Positions 13,479 to 24,637 of a DNA stretch of 64,000 nucleotides are shown here, in pieces. Origin of the DNA: Camelus ferus (Eukaryota). Every line of letters begins with the position of its first letter. The first letter of the stretch is position 1. The stretch covers positions 82,648,001 through 82,712,000 of the forward strand of contig NC_045696.1 of the NCBI RefSeq assembly GCF_009834535.1, in the 5' to 3' direction. The notes below the pieces were generated by a model. That model searched no databases and had not been told where the DNA came from. It worked only from the letters and a program-made list of their open reading frames with translations. Position numbers and translations under genes: made by a program.

Positions 13479-13559
13479 TCTCTAAGACTGGCATACCCAA
13501 CTGCAGTTACTTATATGCAACTCTTCATAATCATCATTCTTCCTAACCTCATCTGAGAT

Positions 13560-13735
13560 CTTATTTTATTGCATTATCATATACCTGTTACCATCTCTGT
13601 ATTCACTATTAAATTCTAAGCCTCTTGAGGTCAGAAATTTGACCTTATTCAAGTCTATACCTAGCCATAGCAACTCTCACACTTCCAGGTACAAGACAGT
13701 GCCAAGTCAATGTTTTGGAATGGGTAAATGAATAG
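13560..13735 (+). mobile_element. LINE-2 3' end fragment
   Basis: taagcctcttgaggtcagaaattt...caatgttttggaatgggtaaatgaat. Confidence 0.5.
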
Positions 13736-15780
13736 TCTGAAAAGTAGCATCTTGGGCAAAGACGATCACCACAACACTCCAATCATCTAATTCCTTTTTT
13801 AATGCTAGAAAAAAATTTAAATCTGGTACTATTGTAGTCTATCTACCCACAAAATTTCAATTGGAATATGCATTTGAAACATTCACACAAAACTGGTAAA
13901 GTCTGGGATATCTGTTTAATCCTTCACTTTCCTAGTCTGGAGCCCACCAAAGATTTTGAAAGTCAAATGTATATTTATTCCACAGAGGAAACTATATCAA
14001 CCAGCGCAAAAGTTTACTGGCACTAGCTGGTGATATAATGGGTAGTTTAAATCCTGCTAACTGCAAATAATTTTTCAACAGTGTTTATGATTGTGGTAGA
14101 GTTTAGTAAGGCAGAAGTACAGATAACATAAATATTTCGACAAAAGCTGATTGTACTGGAGCCATAAATAAATTAGACCCAGTTTGTAAATAAATTTAGT
14201 TTTTGCCAGCAAACATTTATAATCCTCTCTTGCCACAAACGATAGTAATTTATATAGAAGAGGTCCTGAATGCCTTTCTTTAAAAGTCAGTTCTCATTAG
14301 GAGGCAGTGCCTGGTGCCCATCAAGTGTCTTAGGCTGTGTGACTCAATTAGACATGAAGGATACTATACAGACCACCTAATGCTACTAGTTATTGTACAT
14401 GTTGATAATGACAATTTCCAGAGACCATACATAGTTTGGTAGTCTATGAAGTTGTCATATTATATCATTCCCTTAAATACCTAGCTTGTGTTACCACTTA
14501 GCAATGTTGAAACTACCCCCTCTCAAACCATAAGTGCTATTTAGTATATGTATACACATATGCATGGCACATCTGTTCATATTTTTCTGAAAACCTTTTT
14601 TATCAAAGTGTATAATGTTTTCTCAAATTAAAAAAAAAAACCCTTCCTTGATGTTTTTCAATGACATTCCATCCATCCCCATGGTTCTGAATGACTTTAT
14701 GTTTAATATGATGTAGTGTTGGGAAACTCAATATGGGGGCCTTTAGAGCTGGAAATGGGGGCAGAAAATTGCACTCCTTGGAACCATCTTAACTTCTTTT
14801 ACACTGAAGATACTGTATTTGCCATAGGGCCAGAGCCCAAGCTGAAATCAGCCAAATCAAGGAACTTTCCCCACAGAATTGCTTTAAGAGCAGAAATCAT
14901 TGTTGTCTTTGTCACCAAGGCTTGTAAGAAAAAGGACCATTGTTCATTTTCAAATAAAACCTAATTTGACACTGACAAAATTTCCTTCTTTTGGGCACTC
15001 TCTGCTCCATATTAAACTAAGAGGTATGGTTAGGTTAGAGTTCTATTGCTCGTTCACATTCCTTTTTATCGGCAAGCCATTGCTACAACTCCCTCTTCTG
15101 CCAGACATGCATAATTATTTTCTTTTCTTTATGTAGGACTCCTGGCTATAAGAAAGCTCTTCTGTTTGGTAGCAAGAGGAAGGGTCTGCATCAAGTCTGC
15201 TGTGAGAATGAATTTGAACTTACATTTACCCTGTTTATTCAGTTCTCCTGCATACCTGTCTTTGTTTATTAAATGGTAGAAAGTGGAAGGCAATCTCATT
15301 TACTTTTTGATCTTCATCTTTTGGGGTTGTTTTGAATATTTTTACCCAGTTTAGATTAGAATTCAGTCTCCTTGCTACAAAATATCCCCCTGCCCCCCCT
15401 GCCACCGCCCCGCCTTCCTTTAACTTGTAGCTCCTGAGTTTTGGTCTCTCTTTTGGAGGCAAGAAGGAGATCTGCCAAAAGCCACCAAGCCACACTTAGG
15501 TAATTATAATAAACAAGTTGGGGCTCTCATTTCACATGCAGAGCTGGATGAAGCAGAGCTGTGGTCAAAGGGACCCCAGTGGCTCCTCCATTAGCAAGAG
15601 CACATTAATGCACCCTCATGCTCCCCCTCCCCCCCTTTAAACACTTTTTTTCTTAAAGGAAGCAAATCAGGTCACTCTTTAGCATGTGAAGGGCTGCAGC
15701 TTTCTTCTGAAACCACCATCAACAACATAAACAAATTAGAGGTAGTAAACCACACATTCTGCCCACATGTAAACCACAGT

Positions 15781-15798
15781 CCTCACCAGAGGGCAGTC
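15781..15798 (+). promoter_or_regulatory. Candidate CTCF core motif
   Basis: CCTCACCAGAGGGCAGTC versus consensus CCASYAGRKGGCRS; motif match only. Confidence 0.5.
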
Positions 15799-18700
15799 TA
15801 CTTAATGTGAGAATAACAGCCCAGTTTTATAAGCCTCTACTGGGAATAAATTCCAGTTTCACTGGTTAGAACCAAGTTAGGCAGCCAGAGTACAGTCTCT
15901 CCTAGGTTACATGTTGGGAGAGACCAAACCAATTCTCACAGTGTCTTTCCAGGAAATACATTTTATAAGCTTCGGGTACGCCAAACTTGGACCATCCTTT
16001 GGTTCTCATTATGTAGAACTGAGATTGCTTGGGTGGAATGGACCTGAGGCTTAACTTGTCCAATGTGCTTATTTTAGGGATATTGAAACAGAGACCCCTT
16101 CAAACTGCAACTCTCAGGCTCTGACTCCCAAAGGTCACTCTGGGTATCGGAGACATGTTGCTGAGTTCAGACTTCCATGTCAGGGCTGGTGCCACTCCTG
16201 CTTTTCCTGAGTGCCAATGGTGTAGTTTACAATCCCCCTACTTGATCCATATGGGAGTTATAAAATATTCCCTATACCTTCCTGATGCTGATATGCTTCC
16301 TTTCCTGACAATGGTTAGTCCTCAGCTAATGTGTCCAGCCCTAAACTAATGTGTTCCGTCATCAGTAAATTCCTGCCTGTGATAGTCTTTTCTTAAATAC
16401 CTGTTTAAACAGTAATTTAGATAAGAGTGTCCCATTTGTGTGCAACAGGAAATGCCTGCCTTCTTTTAGATACGCTGGCAAATAATTACTGTAGATATGG
16501 CTTGAATACTGAAAGGCTGTACTCTGGTCATTTCAGACTGCCTGAGGAGTAACCACCCAGTCTGCTCCGACATAATTTCAAGGCATTTCTGCTTTACTCT
16601 AAACGAATCTGAAGGAAAATCACTTTGGGGATATAAAAAGCTTATGAGAAAAGCCATCAGGTCAAAGGTTGCCGAAAGTCTCTTAAAAATTTGTCTTGCT
16701 AGAAGAGAGTCAAGGCACATAGTTATAATGGAAAAGAAACACTATCTGATATGTGATAAGTCTGTTCTTACCTGGTCATTCCAGTGGGTATTGGTGATCA
16801 CGTCTCCCTTAACAACAGAATAAGCCAAACATTAACCAGGTCGTGTTTTTCCTTGGAGTAGTATTCACAGAGCTTTAATGTCTTTATTTTAGCTGTTTTA
16901 GGTTCTGTAAATAGACACCAAAGGGCTTCACTGGTACCTCTACTATGAGTTTTCTAATAATTTCTTTCCATAATCCTTCTTAAAAAGCTTAGTTCCATTT
17001 CTGACAAGGAACTTTTGGAAGCGGCCAAACCCAGTTCATAAGGGCTCAGAAGCTCCTAGTTTAATTCACAAACCATACTTGTTCACTGAAATGTCTGTGA
17101 AATTCTAAGGAGAGTGGAGAAACTCTTAACCAGATTAAAAATCCCCAGAACCAGCAAGAGGTATGCCGCAGTCCTGTGAGAAAGAGAAATGCTTGCCCAT
17201 TGATTTGGTCCTTGACTTTCAACTCATATGGTACTTTTTGCCATCTTCCTCACTTGTCTCTCAACACTTCCATTCTTTTGGGGTCTTTTTGACAGCCCAT
17301 AAATAAAGTACTTTTAGGAAACACTGGGGGTGGGGGGAGTGCATAAGGAAGAAGTGGAATATGCTGGTACAAGGAAGCAGCAAATACTAGAGGTGCGAGG
17401 AAGCTTAGAAGTTCATTTAAAAAAATTCCATGTGCCAAGCCATGTTGATACATTACTTCACAAAAACAATGGTCTCCAGAGACGTGGATTTATAAATGCA
17501 CTCTGGTGTCAACAGATTCTGTGGAGGTCTATTTTCTTCTCACCCCACTCCGGAGGCAGCACATTCTGAAGACCACGTCCATCAGCAGCCTCCATCCTAT
17601 CAGATGTCTCTATTTTCTCAGCCTGTACCTCTGGACCCTGACGACGGTCCTTCAAAGCTAGCTCATGTCAGTTTTCTGGAAATTCATTTTCCTTACTTTT
17701 ACTAGTTTCCCTTCTTCCTTTCATTGGGATCTTAAATTTCATGATCTTGGGGCCATTCTCACAGAATATTCTGCTGGCCAGTTCATAGCCTCCTTCTTTG
17801 TTCTGTTTGTGCATCTGGCATTACTTGGGCTCCACCCTTTCCCCAAGCCCGGCGCGCGTTTATACATTGTGTTGCTGGTTGCAGAAGAGCTGGCTCCTGA
17901 GGTCTTCTGCTTTCTCACCAAACAGGCTGCAGTAACCGCTCTGGAATTGTCCTAACAAGGGAAGAAGAGCACGTCCGTTTGGAATTTTGGAAGGAAATTG
18001 ATGTCTTCCCCCTCCCTCCCCCGCCCCGCTGTTAGCAGGCACCGACTCATGGCCTCGTGTTCATGTGCTCACGTCCTACCAGGAGGTCCCTGGTGGGGCT
18101 CTGAGGTTTGGCAGCGCCGCCTCTCCTCGCGGACCTGGGCACGCATCCGCAGCTCTTAGCCACGTGTAATCCTTCCTGTCTGCTCACAAGTTGGGCACAG
18201 AGTACTGGTGCTTGGGCCCACCCTCTTCTTTAGTAGCAATTAACCTTTACTACAGAGCTTCCTTTGAAGTTTGCTCATGTTTTTATTACAAAACTGCAAT
18301 GAGGAACATAATGGGGGGAAATGTCTAAATTTCTGAGTTACCTAATCTGTTCAATTCCCTCGCTGGGCTCCTCCTGGCAGTTGTTTCATGTAGTTATGAT
18401 CTCAACCAGTCTGCCTGAGATTTCAAACCATGTTTCTGTCTCAGCCTATTTTTAAGATTAGTGAGCTATTACACACGCGTGTGTGCATACACACTACAGA
18501 TGCACACTGGTGTGGCTATTGTATGCATATATGTGTACAGCTGAATCTGTGGAACTGATTTCTTATTTAATGTCTATGGAAATGTCTATGATTTCTTGTT
18601 TAATGTCTTACTTTATAGTCAAACTATGTATATATGCTTTTAATGTTAATATTAAAATCTATTTAGCTGCTAAACATTTTCTATCAATGAACTCATGTGA

Positions 18701-19119
18701 AGAGTAGAGAGGAAAATTATTTATGTTAATATCACCAATGATTATGCTGAGTGATAAGTATTATGACGGGTACTGAATGCTATTAATGGTGAAACTTAGG
18801 ATTTTGAATGGCATCTGCCTGGAAGATTTGCAGTTAAACTAGGCAGAGAGGCCAAGTGAAACAAATGGTGAGTTATATAAAACTCACAAAAAGAGAAGGT
18901 GTTTTAGGCCAGTCTTGCAAATAAGAACCAAAGAATTATGAGTGAAATGGCGTTTTTTTTTTTTTTTTTCCTAGCCTGCCGTTCACAGGAGCTCAAATAA
19001 ATGCAATCATTTTTCTCTGCTTTTCACTCAGCAGTAAATCATTGGTAATCCATGACTGGTAGAAAAGCAACTATGAAACTCAAAGAAAATACAAGACAAT
19101 CTTTTTTTTTTTTTTCCTT

Positions 19120-19830
19120 AGGATGGGTAAGGACTTTATAAGAAAAATGTAAAAATCACAAAGGAAAAATAGATTTCATTTCATACAAGTTAAAAATTTT
19201 ATACAACAAAAACCCCATTAAAAAAACAAATGATAAATGATCTACCGGGGAAAGTAGCAAAAACTATATCAAAGGGCCCATTTCTTTATCATTAATAAGA
19301 CAGACCAGTAAAAGCCCAGTTAAAACTGGACAAAAATAATGAATAATTTGTAAAAGAAGAAATAGGAATGACAAAGAAAAATATTTAGTCTTAGGAATCA
19401 CTGAGTGTGAATTAAAACAACAATAGATATATATTGTATATATTCCATTGTATTAATAAATTTTAAAAACAAGACACAATAATAAATATCAGTATGTTGC
19501 TAGGGGTATAAAATGGTATATACCCCTGAGAACTAATCTGTCAATACTCACGTAATACTCTTACAGGCATCTAAGCTAAGGAAATTAAAGTGGATGAACA
19601 TAAATATTTATATGAAAGAATGTTCATTTCAGTGGTATTTATGGTATCAGAAAATTAGAAGCAACATAAATAAATACTATAGAAATAGTTCACTTTATTG
19701 TGGATTTATATTACAGAGTACTCTGCAGTAAGTAAATATAGTTTAGTATTTTTAAAAACATCAGGAAGTGTTCATAATAAGGTATAAGGTGAAAAAACAA
19801 AACTGTTCATGTAGTAGGACCACAATTTGG
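19120..19830 (+). mobile_element. Old LINE-1 (L1M-type) ORF2 end / 3' UTR, heavily degraded
   Basis: A-rich; caaaggaaaaatagatttcatttcatacaagttaaaaatt and aagaatgttcatttcagtggtatttatggtatcagaaaattagaagcaacataaat. Confidence 0.75.
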
Positions 19831-19889
19831 GAAAAACCCAACAAACTCTAAAGCATATCTTTAAAGAAAAAAAAGAAAGCAAGTTGCCC

Positions 19890-20060
19890 AAGAGTTAAAG
19901 GGAAGACCAGATTTGAACACCTGGGTTCTGGTCTCAGCTGACTTTGGATATACCGGTTAGCATCCCTGAGTATCAGGTTACACCTTTGCAAAATGGAGAA
20001 TTATTCTCATCATAGTTTTCTCGCTGGATTGTGAGAAAGTATAGATACATCTGTGGAAGT
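19890..20060 (+). mobile_element. MIR SINE
   Basis: cctgggttctggtctcagctgac...ccctgagtatcaggttacacctttgcaaaatggaga. Confidence 0.6.
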
Positions 20061-21814
20061 TATTATTATCAGTATTATTTTGCAATTTCCTCTTTGCAGA
20101 TTCTGGTATGTTTTCAAAATGCAACTCTCCTCAAGTGGAAGCCTTACATTAGTTATTCAAAGAGTCATAGAAATAAGTACAGTCTGGCACAAGTGTGGCC
20201 TCTTGCTTGGTCTCCGGGGATATTAGAACGCTTAAAAGTTGAGTTGCAGCAGTTGATTTCCAAGAGTATTTCCCACGTCATTTGCCTCAAATCTGACAAT
20301 AAGCTTGTCTTTCTGTCCCCATTCAGTTACTGACACACCTAAAGGATGCATGAAGCAAATTCCAGTAGCAGGCAGCTCCACTCCAAGGGGTTACAAGGGC
20401 TATTTATCTTTATGGGAGCACTGATGTATATAGCACTTCTTACCTGATACTTACCCATTGTAAATGTGCCCAATCTGTCAGTATGATAGCTGAGCAATGC
20501 TTTAATTAACTATAGTTATTGCTCAAGAAAAAGATCAGACAATTTTTCCCCAATAACAGAGATTTAATGGAGATATGATAATTGAGGCAGTTTGTCATTT
20601 AGATGAAATGTTTTAGCAGCTTTTTGGATAGTTCTTGAATAATGTACATGGGGGCATGAGTTTACTTTGGTTTATGCAAATATTCAATGCAGTGTGATAA
20701 ACTGCATTTGCTGTTGAAAATTTCATAACGCTAGATTACATTGAAATGTTGTTGCCTGTCTTGATATGTAAAACTCAGCAGTTTTATATTTCCATTTTTT
20801 GTCACCACAGCCCTTTTTATGTTTAATTCAGGTGATACTAGATTAAAAGTGGCTTGAAAACAAATTGCCTGAGGTTGAATATACATTTACTGGCTGCATG
20901 TAGATGAATAGGACTGCGAGTCTTTCTGGTGGACTTGCTTGACCAGTAGAAGTTGTTCTTTAGGTTTAATTGGAATTTTTTGCCATTGTAAGCAGAACTG
21001 CATTCGGGTTTTAAATTCAAATTCTTCTGTGCAGCAGCCTGGGCACACATGTGTATTTTGTCTCCACAGGAACTGAAATCCAAACGCACTCACTTAAAAA
21101 TTATGCATTGGGAAAGCTTGTGTGTAACTCAAAGGTCATGGGGTCAGCTATGCCAGTGGGAGGGCCCAGATGGGTTTGTCTCTATCCTTTTTTAAGATTT
21201 GAGATCACTTTGATGGAACTGACAGTATGACTAATTTAACTCTTTGAGGAAATAGGGGAAATTTTACTGACCTTTAATGGACAATTACTGGAGGAAATGG
21301 TTCTATTCATTTGTATGCATTTTTGTTCTCTGCTGCTTAAATGGGTAAGTCTATAGATTATACAGTGTCTTCCAATTTTTAGCACTTTTCAAAAAAACCA
21401 AAATCTTTACAATGGGTGATAAATCCCTTTAAGAACCTGTAAAGTAACTCTACATTTGCAGTAGTTAAATGTTACAATCCTAGAGAGATGTCTTTATATG
21501 TTTTTAGCTGTATCGAGAGTGCCAGTGAACTTTTGGCTCTCAGGTTGAAGTGTAAAATCTTCCTGAAGGATAAAATTAGATAGATTTTATTAAGGGTGTT
21601 TGGACCCTAAAGTATACTTCTCTAGTAGTATTTCTTTGGGACATTATTAAAATTGTTTCTTTTGATATTGGGTTTGGAGAAAAGTTTGTAACCTGTAGTG
21701 TTCCATTTCTATGGGTTTAAAGGTGCTTTTCAGGATCAAAATAATTTCCTATATTTGGTAGAAAAATATTGGTTTGATTTAATAGTTCAGTAAAATTATA
21801 TGTTAGGTGAATTA

Positions 21815-22700
21815 TGTATTTAACAAATATTTATTAAGCCCCTTTATGCAGATCATTTGGAGAATTTCTGAGAAGTGTGAATTCTGAGTCAAAGGACTAT
21901 TTCCTAGTTTGAAATAAAAGAATCATTCATAGAAAACTCTAAGTAGCAATGTGCAGCATTATTTGATTATTAGAGTGAGGGAGGAAATTATGTAAAAATT
22001 CAAAGAAAGGGGATACTTATGTTAAATGGGATGACGAAGAGATAAATTACGAGATGACATGGAGAATGACCTGAAGTTGGATGGGCAAAGGGGCAGAGAG
22101 AGGATAACTGGGCAGGAAGAACTACAGAGGAAATGCTCACTGAGCTCAGAAGACAGAGATAAGCTTATTCTGACCTGGGGGCTCCTACTGAGGCATGCTG
22201 AGAATAAGCGAGAAAGGGAAAATGGTTTTCAAATGGGAGCGATTTTTATTCCAAGCCCAAGAACTTTAGATTTTACTTGTGGATGCTGGGAATTGTTGGA
22301 GGCTCTTGCACAGGAAAGTTGATATGCTAGGAAGATAAACTCAGCAGCATTTTACAGGCTCAGTGTAGAGGGATACTGGAGAGAGGGTGGAAGTCTGGAG
22401 ACCCATTTAAAGGACTGTTAGAAAATTCAGAAAGGAAAATATGGTCTAAAAGAATGGGATGAAGGTAAAAATCTTTCAAGAAGAAGGGACAGCATTTAAT
22501 AACTGAATATATTGAGGATGAAGGAGAGAAAATGCCAATGTTATTTTAGAACCTTGTACATGGGGTAACTAGGGGAAAATACTTTTAATGGAAATGGGGA
22601 AGTGGGCAAGGGACTCAATTTGAGGGTGGATGATAGTGTGCAAGATTTTGGATATGCTGAACTTGAATTATAATGAGCTTTTTATGTTGAGATCAGATGT
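21815..22700 (-). mobile_element. Degenerate LINE-2
   Basis: Starts tttaacaaatatttattaagc; purine-rich body with ggatatgctgaacttga. Boundaries approximate. Confidence 0.6.
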
Positions 22701-22984
22701 CTCATAGGAATAAGGCTGAGTCCTGGAGTTTGGTTCTATGCTTGGTTTAAATGGCATTATTTCATTGTTTGAATCAAGAACCAAGCTCTTCATTAGAAAG
22801 ATACTTTTGCGTGTAGAATCACTTTGCATTTCACAAAATTTTGAGAAGAATCATACTTGATGGACGTTTGTTAGTAGGTGCAGTAGTTAATTAATTTCCA
22901 TAATGAATCAGAGAAGGAACTGGGGGTAGAACTCGGGTTTTTTACCTTCTAGCCCAATAAACAATCTTGGAAGATTTTAATAAT

Positions 22985-23200
22985 CCATAGAACTGCAAGG
23001 TTGGTGGGATCTTAAAGGTCATCTAGTCTGGTTATCAACTTGAAGCTATGATTCCTCTTAATTCATGGCTATCTAGGCTATATAAGAGCCCCTATGCTGG
23101 GGAACTTAAAGTAACTCATCTACATTTGGATGGTTCTGATTGAAATTTGTCTTCTTGAAATTTTAACCCATTTTTCTTAGTTCCCCCACTTGAAGGTCTG
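22985..23200 (-). mobile_element. CR1/L3-like ancient LINE 3' fragment
   Basis: catagaa...gggatcttaaaggtcatctagtc...ggggaactta resembles the reverse L3 terminus. Confidence 0.5.
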
Positions 23201-24299
23201 TAAACTGAACAAATTAGGTATGACTCTCAGTCTGTGATCCCAATGAAAACATATATTTATTTGCTTTAAGATAATTAAAATCCCCTTCAACTGGTGGGAA
23301 ATTCAAGCTCAGTTATTTTTTGTTATGCATCTTCCCACCCCCAAATTTTATAAAGATCTTAAGGCTGATATAGTGTGGTCATTTACTTCAGGTGTGGGAG
23401 CTGTGCTGCTCTGGGGAGCCCTTAGAGTGCCAGCGTCTGGACTTCTACTTATTCTACCCTGCCCTTCCCTTAAAGGTCTTGCCACCTCCCTCAGGGCACT
23501 GCTCCATGCAGAGGCCCTCTGATCACTAAAATTTTTCAATCTGGAAGAAACATACTTTTTGGTGCACCCCAAGACAACATCTTCTCTTTTTCTCCTCTGG
23601 AAAAAATTTACTTGATTTCTTCAATGACTTTAGCTTTTACAAATGCCCAGAGGAATCACTAGCATCATGTAAATTTAACTCTCTGTTCTGCATAAGTTAC
23701 TGAGGCGAGGAAATACCAGGGGCTTGGTGATGTGTTTGAAATGGGAAAGGGAAAACAGAGAAAGAACAAACATAAATTAATATTCCGATATAACCCTACC
23801 ATATGAATTTAAGCCTTGTTGCGCATGGCAGCCTTTGGAATCTTTGATGACTCTCTGACTCTCCTACAATGTAGTCCAAGAGACCTTTGTATGATATAAC
23901 TTTGCAAGACATTGTATAATGCTATCAATTCCCTGTTTGGCATGGTTTGCAGGGTTGTAGGCACACGTATGTTTACTTCTTATCTCTACTTTATTCATAA
24001 TAATAATTAAGTTACTGATTGTTTCCCAGCTGGATAATAGACTGAGCTGACCTGTGAGAGTACTGACAGTTAAAGAGAGCTCATTTGATTTATGGATTCA
24101 CCACAGATAAATCAAAGAGGCAATAATCCCTCCCCACTCCTTCATCTGTGAATAAGAGAGATTTTAATGCAGGCCTATTTTAACAATGGTCTTCCCTATT
24201 TTGTCTTTAAAGAACAACAACATTATGAGGTGAATATTGAGATAGGAATTCTGTCTCTTCCAGATCAGCAGGAATTTATAAGTTATTCTTTATTCACAG

Positions 24300-24637
24300 G
24301 TAATGAGTGTGTATATGGCAGCTACCCTGAAGTTCCTTTGGAAGAAATGCCAGATGCAGATGGAGTAGCCAGCACTCTTTCCCTCAGTATTCAAGAGCCA
24401 TGCTCTCCAGCCACGTCCAGCGAAGCATTCACTCCAAAGGAGGGCTCTCCTTACAAAGCCCCCATCTACATCCCTGATGATATCCCCATTCCCGCGGAGT
24501 TTGAGCTTCGAGAGTCAAATATGCCTGGAGCAGGACTAGGAATATGGACCAAAAGGAAAATTGAAGCAGGTGAAAAGTTTGGGCCTTATGTGGGAGAGCA
24601 GAGGTCAAACCTGAAAGACCCCAGTTATGGATGGGAG
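24300..24637 (+). CDS. MECOM: MECOM (MDS1-EVI1/PRDM3) coding exon 2, N-terminal part of PR/SET domain; internal exon, phase 1 start, phase 0 end
   Basis: Translation (S)[24 protein letters not shown]...[59 protein letters not shown] is near-identical to remembered human MDS1-EVI1 residues 13-125. Acceptor ttattctttattcacAG at 24298-24299, donor GAG|GTAAGA at 24638. The 338-nt length matches human exon 2 (c.38-375) as recalled. Confidence 0.97.

Larger units (their letters stand above)
1..24299 (+). other. MECOM: 3' part of MECOM intron 1
   Basis: Upstream of the exon 2 acceptor; exon 1 (MRSKGRARKLAT) not seen; intron 1 is known to be hundreds of kb in mammals. Confidence 0.88.

Noticed and set aside
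17509..18042. Vague peptide resemblance to TMA16, PCLAF or PNRC2
   Set aside because: Only short gapped word matches by eye, with no colinear similarity; no gene name assigned.
18557..18610. Short local duplication TGATTTCTT(A/G)TTTAATGTCT
   Set aside because: Two copies only; ordinary slippage, not an array.
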